The notes: generated from the sequence alone by a model not told the origin. A DNA stretch of 64,000 nucleotides from Candidatus Bathyarchaeota archaeon (GCA_963702095.1 OY969706.1:1952001-2016000), one strand, 5' to 3'; positions 1-9,348 are shown, counted from the stretch's first letter. Program-made: numbers and translations.

Positions 1-7
1 AAGACGC

Positions 8-538
8 GTGGATAAACCTGATTACCTCCTCTGGAGCCGCAAATACGACAAAGCCTACGGTTACCTTGCGCAGCGTGAACGCGAGTTAGGCGCCAAATTC
101 CGCAAAAACAAAGCCCTCAGCACCAAAGACCTCGAATCAGTCGTGGAATGGAAATTCAAAGATGACCCAGAAAAACTTGCCCGTGCACAGGAGCTGGTTG
201 CCCGCAACACAGAGGAAAAAGTCCAGCGCATCACCAGCCAAACCCTAAGCATCCCAAACGCCGACGACACTTACCGCCTTAGCTGCCTCACCACACTCGA
301 AGGCATAACACCTGTCCTTGCCAGCATCATCCTCGCGTTCTTTGACCCGCATAACTACGGCATCTTCGACCAAGCAGTCTGGAAACCACTCCTCGGCAAC
401 GCCCCATCCGGCCTCTACACACCACAGAACTACGTTCGCCTCTTAACTGCAATGCGCAAAACCGCTGCCAAACATAACCTTGACGCCCGAGTCATCGACA
501 AAGCACTGTACAGGAAAGCCAAAGACATAGCCAACTAA
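8..538 (+). CDS. helix-hairpin-helix (HhH-GPD/glycosylase-like) hypothetical protein
   Basis: LTTLEGITPVLASIILAFFDPHNYGIFD resembles an HhH motif followed by a conserved Asp. Confidence 0.55.
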   Translation: MDKPDYLLWSRKYDKAYGYLAQRERELGAKFRKNKALSTKDLESVVEWKFKDDPEKLARAQELVARNTEEKVQRITSQTLSIPNADDTYRLSCLTTLEGITPVLASIILAFFDPHNYGIFDQAVWKPLLGNAPSGLYTPQNYVRLLTAMRKTAAKHNLDARVIDKALYRKAKDIAN

Positions 539-2535
539 ATCCGTTGAAGGGGCAGAGTTACAAAGAATTTTGTACCCACCCCCACCTTGCTCTCAAAGCT
601 TATGGTGCCACCCTGCGCTTCCACCAGTCGCTTCACCACCGCCAATCCCAGTCCCTGTCCTTTGGCTTTGGTGGTGAACATGGGCTTGAAAATCTTGGCT
701 TGAACTTCGGGTGGTATACCGACGCCGGTGTCTGCTACGGTGATGCAGACTGCCCCGTTTTTGGGTCGCGCCGAAATTGTGAGTTCGCCGTCGTTTGGCA
801 TGGCTTGGATGGCGTTGTTGATGAGGTTGGTTAAGGCTCGCCGTAGAAAGGTTGGGTCAACGTCTATTGTTGGAAGAGCGCTTATGTCGATTGTTAACTT
901 GATTTCGCTTGGCAACGTGATGGTTTCAAACATCTCGGTGATTAAACATGGCAAGTTTACCTTGTGGTACTCTGGGTTTAGTTGCCTTGAGTAGTCTTGG
1001 AGGTCGGCGACGATTTTGTTAATGTAACCAATGTTCTGCTCTATACTGTCGAGGCTTTCGTTCATCTCCGCTGTTGCCCCAGACTGGGGGAAACCGTTTA
1101 ACTCTGTTTTTATCAGGTACACTTCGCCCGTGAGCGCCTGCAGGGGGTTGCGGATGTCATGCCCCACCATCCCCGCCACCTGCCCAATCGCCGCCAACCG
1201 CTCATACTCAATAAGCTGCTTGGTCCGCTCCTCAACAAGTTCCTCAAGGCGCTTGCTGTACTGCTCAATTTCTTCTCTGTCCCGGGTCCGCTGGGTAATG
1301 TCGCGGACGCCGCCGATGAAAAGCAGGGTTTTGCCGTTTCTATCCTTTAAGGCTTTAGCAGTGTCTTTAACAACGATATAGTTGCCATTTTTATGCATAA
1401 CTCGGTACTGCATGCTGTATCGGTCTATGCTTGGGTTGTTCATAGCTTCATTCCAAGTTGCAACCACACGGGGAGCATCGTCTGGGTGTATGCGGCTTAA
1501 GACCCAATCCAGCGTGCGGTCAACGCCTTGATATTTGAAGCCGACAAGTTCTTCTTCGCCTCTTAAGGTCTGAATTTTTCCTGTTTCAAAATTACATTCA
1601 TAAACCATTATGTTGGCTGCCTCTGCTACAACTCTGAAGCGTTCTTCGCTTTTTTTAAGTGCTTCCTCGGCTTGCCTATGCTCAGTGACGTCCTGGTCGA
1701 CACCCACTACATTTTTTGCTTTACCCAGCGCATCTACTTCTCTAACTTGGCGTTGAGCATTAAGAATCCGAACTGAACCGTCAGGACGGATTATACGGTA
1801 ATCAAAGGTTTCCCGGTGGTTCAGAGATGAATTCAGCATTAGCTGCGCGTTTTTAAATGCGGCATCTCGGTCGTCTGGGTGGATGAAGCTTAGGTATTCT
1901 TCCCAAGTGAAGCCTAAGCGGTGGGCTTGGATTCCGAAGATGTGAAACATACCGGGGGACCATTTAGCCGTTAACTCTGAAACATCAAGTTCCCAACTGC
2001 CAAAATGCGCCACCTCCTCCGCTAAAGCTAGAAGCTTGGTGTTTTCAGCGGATACCTGCGCCGCAAGCCTCTGCTCAGTTACGTCTTGGTCGACGCCCAC
2101 AACAACCTTTAGTTGGCCATCCTCTGTGAGTTCTTTTACTTGCCGCTGAGAATGAATTATGCGCACTGAACCATCCGGTCGGATTATACGGTAATAGAGT
2201 TCTCCCTTCTGGTTTACTTTTGCTTGAATGAAAGCATTTTGCATTTTTTTGATTACTTTTTCTAAGTCGTCAGGATGGATAAAACTTCTGAACTCCTCTA
2301 ATGTTAGCCCCTCAGTTTGCGGTTCCAGTCCAAAAATCCGAAACAACTCTGGAGACCAGATTGCCCTTGGTTTAGTAACGTCCCATTCCCAGCTGCCGAA
2401 ATGCGCCACTTCTTCCGCTAAGGTGAGGAGTTTGATGTGTTGGTCGGTTGCTGGGGGGTCAGGTTGTGTTCTCGTTTTTCTGGATTTCTGTCTATCGGCA
2501 ATTAGAAGATGAAAACTTGTTATGGCGGCCGTCAA
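535..2535 (-). CDS. PAS-domain sensor histidine kinase (3x PAS_3, HisKA, HATPase_c)
   Basis: Repeated GSWE..IHPDD PAS_3 motifs; H-box VGHDIRNPL; N-box NLINNAIQA; G-boxes DTGVGI and GQGLGL. Confidence 0.95.
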   Translation of the reverse strand: MTAAITSFHLLIADRQKSRKTRTQPDPPATDQHIKLLTLAEEVAHFGSWEWDVTKPRAIWSPELFRIFGLEPQTEGLTLEEFRSFIHPDDLEKVIKKMQNAFIQAKVNQKGELYYRIIRPDGSVRIIHSQRQVKELTEDGQLKVVVGVDQDVTEQRLAAQVSAENTKLLALAEEVAHFGSWELDVSELTAKWSPGMFHIFGIQAHRLGFTWEEYLSFIHPDDRDAAFKNAQLMLNSSLNHRETFDYRIIRPDGSVRILNAQRQVREVDALGKAKNVVGVDQDVTEHRQAEEALKKSEERFRVVAEAANIMVYECNFETGKIQTLRGEEELVGFKYQGVDRTLDWVLSRIHPDDAPRVVATWNEAMNNPSIDRYSMQYRVMHKNGNYIVVKDTAKALKDRNGKTLLFIGGVRDITQRTRDREEIEQYSKRLEELVEERTKQLIEYERLAAIGQVAGMVGHDIRNPLQALTGEVYLIKTELNGFPQSGATAEMNESLDSIEQNIGYINKIVADLQDYSRQLNPEYHKVNLPCLITEMFETITLPSEIKLTIDISALPTIDVDPTFLRRALTNLINNAIQAMPNDGELTISARPKNGAVCITVADTGVGIPPEVQAKIFKPMFTTKAKGQGLGLAVVKRLVEAQGGTISFESKVGVGTKFFVTLPLQRI

Positions 2536-2680
2536 AGACGTTTGCCCGTATATAATTAGACTCGAAGTTAACTAAATAAATTGCCCTTTCTCGTCGTAAG
2601 AGCAATTCGCAGAATCTTGTTTTGCTTCATGGTGGCGCCCACACATTCTTTTATCTCCAAACCCCGCTGTAAATGACGTC

Positions 2681-2827
2681 ATGGTTAAGTGTCAATACTG
2701 TGGGAAACCGCTGGAGCCCGAACGTATCTTGGAGAACAGTGTTTTCCGTCTGGAAGCCTACTGCTGCGACCGCTGTGGAGAAGAATTCAAAATAGCATAC
2801 TATCCCCTGCCCCCTGTTACACTGTAG
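2681..2827 (+). CDS. 48-aa Zn-ribbon microprotein (Cren7-like pattern), absent from ORF track
   Basis: Hand translation MVKCQYCGKPLEPERILENSVFRLEAYCCDRCGEEFKIAYYPLPPVTL*; two CxxC. Confidence 0.7.
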   Translation: MVKCQYCGKPLEPERILENSVFRLEAYCCDRCGEEFKIAYYPLPPVTL

Positions 2828-2890
2828 TGACACATAACCATATATTTTACCAACCCCAAACCGAAATGCCAAAGGAAGGGATAGGGAGAA

Positions 2891-3013
2891 ATGGCTGTCT
2901 GCCCAAACTGTGGAAAACACCTCACAAAACCCACCAAACAGTTCGAAAACATAGCATTCAAAATCTCCGCTTACACTTGTAGCAACTGCGGAACAACGTT
3001 TAAAACCACTTGA
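2891..3013 (+). CDS. 40-aa Zn-ribbon microprotein (Cren7-like pattern), absent from ORF track
   Basis: Hand translation MAVCPNCGKHLTKPTKQFENIAFKISAYTCSNCGTTFKTT*; GGGAG upstream. Confidence 0.75.
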   Translation: MAVCPNCGKHLTKPTKQFENIAFKISAYTCSNCGTTFKTT

Positions 3014-3070
3014 TGATTATTTGCATAAATCTTATGTATTACAATGTATTCTCTAGCTATCGGGGTATAC

Positions 3071-3379
3071 ATGACTGAAACCGAACAAACCAGCATAGTC
3101 ACCGTCCGCCTCTCCAAACGCAACCTCAGCAGAATAGAAGCCGTCCAGAAACTCGAAAAAGTCGACCGCAGTACCCTCTTCAAAGAATTCATCGAAGACG
3201 GCCTACGCCAAAGAGTCCTGCGCTTCTACAAAAAAGGCAAACTAACCCAACGATGCGCCGCCGAACTCTTAGGCGTCACCCTGAGAGAATTCCTCGAACT
3301 ACTCGAAGAGGAAGGCATACCGATAAACTGGGATTCCGACAGCATAAAACAGTACATGAAGGAAAAATACGGGGAATAA
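3071..3379 (+). CDS. RHH/UPF0175-family antitoxin
   Basis: IVTVRLSK RHH-like N-terminus; FYKKGKLTQRCAAELLGVTLREFLELL UPF0175 motif; adjacent to a PIN gene. Confidence 0.85.
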   Translation: MTETEQTSIVTVRLSKRNLSRIEAVQKLEKVDRSTLFKEFIEDGLRQRVLRFYKKGKLTQRCAAELLGVTLREFLELLEEEGIPINWDSDSIKQYMKEKYGE

Positions 3380-3381
3380 GC

Positions 3382-3900
3382 CTGCCGCATCGGGTTGTTG
3401 TCGCTGACTCAGGACCGCTTATCCATTTCGCCCAGATAAACAGGCTTGGGATTCTTCAGCAACTTTTCGACTACGTCGAGGTGACAGCAAGAGTCAAAGT
3501 TGAAGTTGTAGATGAAGGCATCAAACGCGGCTGCCCAGATGCAGAAATTGTGGGGCAGGCGTTTAGGGATGGATGGCTTAAAGTGGAAACCCTATCTACA
3601 ACCCAATTAAAGCAAGCCCAAAAATTATCGGAGGGCGAAGGCATTTCACTGGCTGACGCTGAAGTAATCCTCTTGTCCGAGAAGAAAAAAGCATTGTTTC
3701 TCTCAGATGACACAGCCCTTTCAGTGATAGCCACAATGTATGGCTTGAAAACCTGGGACACTTGGAATTTGCTTCTTGAAGCTTCAAGCAAAAACTTGAT
3801 TACCGTACCCCAAATTGAAGAAGCAACAAGAAAATTCTACCAAAAACTTCAGAAGCGCAGCAAAGAAGCTAAGAATACCCAGAAAAACTGGTGCCCTTAG
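3382..3900 (+). CDS. PIN-domain toxin (DUF3368-like); start uncertain
   Basis: VVADSGPLIHF, EV, ADAEVI and FLSDD acidic PIN motifs. Confidence 0.85.
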   Translation: MPHRVVVADSGPLIHFAQINRLGILQQLFDYVEVTARVKVEVVDEGIKRGCPDAEIVGQAFRDGWLKVETLSTTQLKQAQKLSEGEGISLADAEVILLSEKKKALFLSDDTALSVIATMYGLKTWDTWNLLLEASSKNLITVPQIEEATRKFYQKLQKRSKEAKNTQKNWCP

Positions 3901-3969
3901 ACGACATTTAGAAATCGCAGCCTGCCTGCTCCAATTAACAAAACACACAACAGAAAGCTAACTGCTGAA

Positions 3970-4413
3970 TTAACTTGTTGGTTCATCAGTTATGTAGGCT
4001 TTCTCTTCCCGTTTATCGTAGATGAGCGCGTAGTGGTTTAGGATGTCTCTTCCGAGGATACTTGGAATTCTTAGAATACGCTCGTTTAACTGCGGATGCT
4101 TAACTACGCAGATTTTTTCAAGCGTTTCCTCATGGGTTTTTCTGCGTCCTTGGTTAAATGTGAATTTGACGTCTTTTAAGTTGTATGTGTCCACGGTTCC
4201 GCCGATGCCCAACATGCCCTCACCGAGCTTCTCAAGCGCCAAATAATCAATGCCTAACCTAACTGCATCTTTATCGCTGATGGTTGTTCTTGTAGCTCCA
4301 GTGTCCACCAAAAACTCCACTGTGGCGTAAACATGCAGGGTCTGCGATTCAAGTATGGCGGCGACATAGGCTGCTTCAAGGGGTCCGGGCTTGAAAAAGC
4401 AGGGAATCCGCAA
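3970..4413 (-). CDS. retropepsin-like aspartyl protease
   Basis: FLVDTGATRT catalytic motif, GIGG flap, SILGRDIL. Confidence 0.9.
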   Translation of the reverse strand: MRIPCFFKPGPLEAAYVAAILESQTLHVYATVEFLVDTGATRTTISDKDAVRLGIDYLALEKLGEGMLGIGGTVDTYNLKDVKFTFNQGRRKTHEETLEKICVVKHPQLNERILRIPSILGRDILNHYALIYDKREEKAYITDEPTS

Positions 4414-4423
4414 ACCGCTGCCC

Positions 4424-4675
4424 CTAAAGAATTAAATCCAACTCTTTAGAAGTCACATACTCAACGGTGATTTGACTGTAAACCCCAGCGTACTTCTTTT
4501 GAAGACGCTTAACAAGCTTGGATAGGTCGCTATCGTGGTCTACTACTGTTTTTTCTAAAACTGCTACCCATTGATCATTAAACTCTTTCCGCAAACTCTT
4601 CAAGTTAGCGGAGAGCCACTTAGCATTTTCTTCATAACTTAAAAGCACCGAAACAGCAGACACCATTCGAACCAT
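4424..4675 (-). CDS. DUF5678-like small protein
   Basis: W..N...L..EF..QWVAV....VVDHD pattern; directly upstream of the retropepsin. Confidence 0.75.
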   Translation of the reverse strand: MVRMVSAVSVLLSYEENAKWLSANLKSLRKEFNDQWVAVLEKTVVDHDSDLSKLVKRLQKKYAGVYSQITVEYVTSKELDLIL

Positions 4676-4864
4676 CCGAATAACACAAGGGGGTATAACT
4701 CTTAAAACATTTTCCTAAAGATGCCTGTCACCAATTGACTGCCTAACTCACAACAAAACACCTCTGAAAACGGGAGCGGTTGGTTTGCACAAAATAGAAA
4801 AGAAAGAGCCTCTATTATGATTGTCACAAAACTTTTTCTAAACTCAATCAAGGGCTGACAAACA

Positions 4865-5220
4865 GTGACCGAAAAAAAGAAACCGCCTCAAAAACGCAAC
4901 TAGATAAACTCAGCCAAGAAGCAGACCATCCAGAAAACTTCATACCGCTAGAAGACTTGCTAAAAAAATATCCCATCCCAGAGCAAACCGACGAAGCCCT
5001 CGACTACGAAAAGCGTCCGCCAAAACACTGCCCAAACTGTGGCTCAACGAACATAGACAACCAAGAATTAGAATCACGCCAACCCACCTCCGAACTCTAT
5101 GACACCTACTGCAAAGACTGCCAATGGAGCGGCGACATCTCACCAGACATACCATCCACTATTTCAGGGGCAAAACAGAAAAGAAAGAAAAACCGTAGTA
5201 GTGATAGTAATAGCCGATGA
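4865..5220 (+). CDS. Zn-ribbon protein; probable 5' frameshift near 4890
   Basis: CPNCGS...YCKDC in ORF 4957-5220; upstream GTG 4865 joins this frame if one A is added in the A-run near 4890. Confidence 0.55.
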
Positions 5221-5515
5221 AGAACCTAAAAGAAATCACATCCACCATAGAAACGCTCAAGCCACTGCTTAGTGAGCGATATGGAGTGGAAACCATAGGC
5301 GTATTTGGCTCATACAGACGAGGAGAACAAACCCAAAAAAGGACATAGACATCCTCGTCACCTTCAAAGAAGAGGATTACCCGGGGCTGTTTGAGTTTAT
5401 GGCTTTGGAAGAATTCCTATCAGAAAAGCTAGGGTCAAAAGTGGATTTAGTATCAAAAGGAGCCCTAAAGCCCCATATTGGTAGAGGCATCCTTGACGAA
5501 GTCGTCATGGTATGA
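5217..5515 (+). pseudogene. MNT nucleotidyltransferase antitoxin, frameshifted near 5340
   Basis: Hand translation MKNLKEITSTIETLKPLLSERYGVETIGVFGSYRRGEQTQK/DIDILV...KVDLVSKGALKPHI; GS-DxD motif; break at an A-run. Confidence 0.85.
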
Positions 5516-5551
5516 AGAACCGCGACTACTGATTTCCTGCATGATATTTTA

Positions 5552-5590
5552 TGCGCAAAACTTAAGTGCAATGTAAACACATCTGTTTAC
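5552..5590 (+). promoter_or_regulatory. BRE/TATA-like box and inverted-repeat operator of the RHH-RelE module
   Basis: GCGCAAAA-CTTAAG followed by GTAAACA-catc-TGTTTAC (5573-5590). Confidence 0.55.
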
Positions 5591-5601
5591 GGTGCAACTA
5601 A

Positions 5602-5820
5602 ATGGCCCAAGTGCAACTTAGGCTTCCCGAAAAAACTCTCGAACAAATCGACCAATGGGTAGCTGAAGGCAAATTCAAAAGCCGCAGCGATGCCATAAAA
5701 ACAATAATCAGCCTCTACGAAGAAAAAGAAAAAACTCTCCGATTCTATGAAATGCTACAAAAGGAAAGCAAAGAAGCCAAAGAACACCCAGAAACACTTA
5801 TCCTCCTAGAGGACCTCTAA
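5602..5820 (+). CDS. ribbon-helix-helix (CopG-like) antitoxin
   Basis: VQLRLPE...IDQWVAEGKFKSRSDAIK. Confidence 0.85.
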   Translation: MAQVQLRLPEKTLEQIDQWVAEGKFKSRSDAIKTIISLYEEKEKTLRFYEMLQKESKEAKEHPETLILLEDL

Positions 5821-5821
5821 C

Positions 5822-6088
5822 GTGTATAATGTGCTTTTGCGCCCTAAAGCTGCGAAGGCACTGCAACAACTCGACCAAACCAATAGGGAACGGATAAAAA
5901 ACGCGCTCAGACAAGTTGCAGACGACCCCTACCAAACCGGAGAACCACTACACCCCTCAGATTTCTGGAAAATAAAAGCAGGCGACTACCGAGCCATCTA
6001 CCAGATTGACGATGACAAAAAAGAGGTAATCGTGCTTTTTGTGGGGCATCGCAAAAATGTGTACGACAACCTCTCAAACGTAATCTAA
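5822..6088 (+). CDS. relE: RelE/ParE-family toxin
   Basis: YNVLL...KALQQLD...GEPL...WKIKAGDYRAIY...VGHRKNVY. Confidence 0.9.
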   Translation: MYNVLLRPKAAKALQQLDQTNRERIKNALRQVADDPYQTGEPLHPSDFWKIKAGDYRAIYQIDDDKKEVIVLFVGHRKNVYDNLSNVI

Positions 6089-6313
6089 CATGTTATAGAC
6101 TATGACATGGCTGGAAGGCAACCAATCCTGCGGCTACTTCGGAATCGACACAGACACCATCTACAAAGCAGCCAAAGAAAATCTTCAACCACTAAAAAAC
6201 CAAAATCTAAAAAATATTAAAAGAACAAGAAACAATAACCCCTATATTCTAAAGTCTCTGCCCCGCCCGCCCAACCATAAAACACACAATAAAAGAGTGC
6301 GACTACAACAAAC

Positions 6314-7148
6314 GTGCATATCCATAAGCGCTATGGCAAAGAAGTCACCGTCAAATACCACCCCAAAGCCAAAGCTGCTCGATGTTCGCTGACACGGCAA
6401 ATGGCTATCTTTGAGGGCACTTCAGCCGACTACAAGGCGCTCTGCGAATTCCACTACCGAGCACACCGAACACCACCCACACGCAAAATCTTCACCATAA
6501 AACGCAAAAACGAGCTCTGCGGAGTCATCGTGTATTGTTATCCGCCGCCGATGCGTTTCGGACGCAGACAAGTCTGGAAAGGCAGCATCAAAGAACTGCA
6601 GAAGGAAGTCAGCGTAATCAGCCGCATAGTCATCCACCCAAAATACCGCAGCATTGGCTTAGGCGAAAAACTGGTGCACGACACCCTCCTTTTTGCTGGA
6701 ACCCCCTGCGTCGAGGCAGTTGCGGTGATGGCAAAGTACAACCCCTTCTTTGAGAAGGCGGGAATTCAAAAGATCACACAGAGCAAACCCAGCAAACACG
6801 TCACCAACGCGTTGGAGCAGCTTGCGGCTTTAGGTTTTGATATTTCACTTCTGGCTTGTAGCGGCGCTCATCGAGCAGAAGCTGCTGGAAACCGGTGTTG
6901 ATCCAGTCAAAAACCTCCTCAACGAACTTTCAACGCACGACGGCAGCGTTCGCCGCAGACTCTGCAGCACCGAGAACCCTTTTCCAAGGCACGAAGAGTT
7001 TCTCCAAAAGATTGTGGGTTGGGACGCTGGGGATTTGGCGTTGGCACTTAAGCGGCTTAGTTTTTGTGCCCAGAGCAAGTTTTACTTGTTTTGGGATTCC
7101 AAACTTAAAATAAACGTTCAATGCAGAAAAGAGAAGAGAGGAGATTAG
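6314..7148 (+). pseudogene. GNAT-fold acetyltransferase-like protein, frameshifted near 6870, probably 5'-truncated
   Basis: ISRIVIHPKYRSIGLG acetyl-CoA motif, NPFFEKAG; continues in ORF 6837-7148. Confidence 0.7.
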
Positions 7149-7270
7149 TTTTGGTCTACCAGATGTGCGGTGCCGTCGGGGCAGTAGACTTTTTCGTCTT
7201 TGCCTACTTTGCGGTATCTTTCACTGCACATGTGGAGCATTTCACATCCGTCGCAGTCTCGGCTTAGCAT
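7145..7270 (-). CDS. 41-aa Cys/His microprotein, absent from ORF track
   Basis: Hand translation MLSRDCDGCEMLHMCSERYRKVGKDEKVYCPDGTAHLVDQN*; GGAGG upstream. Confidence 0.65.
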   Translation of the reverse strand: MLSRDCDGCEMLHMCSERYRKVGKDEKVYCPDGTAHLVDQN

Positions 7271-7708
7271 GGATTTTTTTCGCCTCCTGTTGGGGGTAGC
7301 TCCATCTGCATTTTGTGCTTATAAGCATATGTAATATGGATGTATAGCTCTGGGAGTAGCGGCGAGCAGGGAGAGGCTGTTTTGGATTGCATCCGCTTGT
7401 ATCGCAGACCAGGACTCTACGGGTTGCCCCGTGATTTTAGCGCGTGCCGAACGCGGGAACGGACATACCCCATGAATATGAAGGGCAAGGCGCAGAGATC
7501 TGCTGCTAACACGAGGGTTGCAGTATCCAACATGCCGTCATCCATCTGTCTTCGGTTTTGCTCTGTTAACAGTATATTCCGACGGCTGATATAAAGGGTG
7601 TTGAGAACTGTTCATAACAATTAAGAAAAACCAAACATACGGTCACACCAATTACATATTGCTAATCATACATGCAGAAAAACCCATAGCACCACAGACG
7701 AACGCAAC

Positions 7709-8272
7709 CTAAACCAGATTATCCACACGCACAATTGGCTTGCCCATCACATTGCGCACAGTGTCGACAACCATATAGGGAGAACGCACATACACCATCC
7801 GAGTATGTCTCTCACCCTGAGAGTTCACGGTTAAATCCCCATAACCGAAAACACGACCGCCCAACCCCTGATACAGCATTAAATCACCAAAACCCGAAGG
7901 CGTAACCATAAAAGAATGCAAGCGCACGATGCCACGGCGGACTTCTAATCCGTCTTGGCGTAGGATGTAACTGTTGGCATAGTAGAAAAGCAGCAGCTGC
8001 AGCATACTGATTAGCCATACAAACGTAAACACCAAAAGCGTCCACAAGTACAGAGGAACCCCCAAAAGCAGCACTATCGCTATGCCGCCGTACATTTCAA
8101 GAAACATTACGAACAAAGTGAACAAAACTATCAGTACGGTGCGCACGATCGCTGAGGGTATAACCCAAGGTTTAGCCATCCAAACCACGACACCGCGGTA
8201 AGGCGGCTTGCCAGAAAGAGTCAACGAAAAACACTGTCCACAATATAAAATGGGGAAGGGCGATTTAAGCAT
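7709..8272 (-). CDS. membrane protein with bacterial PH (bPH_2-like) domain
   Basis: Two TM segments, then Y.L...GLEVRRGIV and GRVFGYGDLTV. Confidence 0.75.
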   Translation of the reverse strand: MLKSPFPILYCGQCFSLTLSGKPPYRGVVVWMAKPWVIPSAIVRTVLIVLFTLFVMFLEMYGGIAIVLLLGVPLYLWTLLVFTFVWLISMLQLLLFYYANSYILRQDGLEVRRGIVRLHSFMVTPSGFGDLMLYQGLGGRVFGYGDLTVNSQGERHTRMVYVRSPYMVVDTVRNVMGKPIVRVDNLV

Positions 8273-8284
8273 TCAAGATAGAAG

Positions 8285-8605
8285 CTACATGACCGGTCGA
8301 TGCAACACTACACGCTCGACGGAACGCAGCAGCTGATAACCGAATAAGATTGCCACAAAGTAGGTGGGCCAAAGAATCACCGGCCAGTTCCCCGGGGTGT
8401 AGTTCCACAGACCGGTGGAGACAGCGAAAAACTCCATCATCGCCAAAGAAACCATGCCTCCGCAAGCCAACAGTAACTGCTCTTTAATTTCATGGACAGA
8501 ATCATGCTTTCTGCGGACGAGCATTAAAAGTGCCCAAGCGCCTAAGAAGGCGAATAAAAGCGCATACCAACTTGAGTTAAAATCAAAAAAGACATTCATT
8601 TTCAT
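8285..8605 (-). CDS. small multi-pass membrane protein
   Basis: Three hydrophobic segments; E...V..GLWNY motif. Confidence 0.7.
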   Translation of the reverse strand: MKMNVFFDFNSSWYALLFAFLGAWALLMLVRRKHDSVHEIKEQLLLACGGMVSLAMMEFFAVSTGLWNYTPGNWPVILWPTYFVAILFGYQLLRSVERVVLHRPVM

Positions 8606-8613
8606 TTACCTAA

Positions 8614-9282
8614 CTAATGTTTTATTGTTTTTCTTCCTTTACGTGGGTGAGGGTAAACAGGTTTGTGGTTTGACCAGCATTTCTGGCAGAAAACCGGTTT
8701 GTCTGCTTTAGGCTGAAAAGGCACATCGCATTCAGAGCCGCATTCACTGCAAACCGCCTTATAAGTTGGGGATGTATGGAACGGCTTGAAAAGCTGATAC
8801 TTCTTTAGTTTTGGCCAACCGGTTTTTGCGTAGCGGATCATTTCAGGGTTATTTTTGAGCCACCGCATCATGTGGAAAAAGTTTTTGCCTCGCTTCTCAT
8901 CCCGCTCAGCTAGGGGTTCGTAGCCTAGGTTGCGGATTTCGTCGAGGTAAGCGATTTCTACGAGACGTTGGGTTTCACCTTCGACGTGGATGCGTTTAAC
9001 TCGGTCTTCGCCGTAGACTTTTTGGAGTTCTTCGGCGGCGACGTCGAAGATGCAGCCTTGGCAGATGTGGATGGGCTCGTCTGCTTTGAGGTCAAATTTG
9101 GAAACAAGGCTTGATACAACACGTGAAGATTCTTGGAGGTATTCTTTTTCTCGGAAGATGTCTTGGTAGAATCTGACATCGATTAACTCGTATTTGAATT
9201 CGCCTGTTTCTTCATGGTAAGCGCCGACTACAACGCCGAAAAGCAAGTCGCCGCTTCCTGCGTCGTCAACGATAAGTGTCAA
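8614..9282 (-). CDS. RNase HII-like fold protein with C-terminal CxxC-x17-CxxC Zn finger
   Basis: IVDDAGSGDLLFGVVVG resembles RNase HII DEAGRG.L.GP.V; C-terminal CSECGSECDVPFQPKADKPVFCQKC; probable TTG start at 9282. Confidence 0.65.
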   Translation of the reverse strand: MTLIVDDAGSGDLLFGVVVGAYHEETGEFKYELIDVRFYQDIFREKEYLQESSRVVSSLVSKFDLKADEPIHICQGCIFDVAAEELQKVYGEDRVKRIHVEGETQRLVEIAYLDEIRNLGYEPLAERDEKRGKNFFHMMRWLKNNPEMIRYAKTGWPKLKKYQLFKPFHTSPTYKAVCSECGSECDVPFQPKADKPVFCQKCWSNHKPVYPHPRKGRKTIKH

Positions 9283-9340
9283 TTGTGCTGTTTCACTCTC
9301 TCTTCTCAACTCAAATTGTCGGGGTAATATAAAAACCCGT

Positions 9341-9348
9341 CTTACCCA
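9341..9348 (+). repeat. left 8-bp target-site duplication CTTACCCA
   Basis: Identical to 15415-15422; both abut the TIRs directly. Confidence 0.92.

Larger units (their letters stand above)
5512..6230 (+). pseudogene. HEPN (DUF86) toxin remnant split by an RHH-RelE module
   Basis: N-terminal MKNRDY/DFLHDIL overlaps the MNT stop (ATGA); C-terminal DMAG.../GYFGIDTDTIYKAAKENLQPLKNQ at about 6104-6230. Confidence 0.7.
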
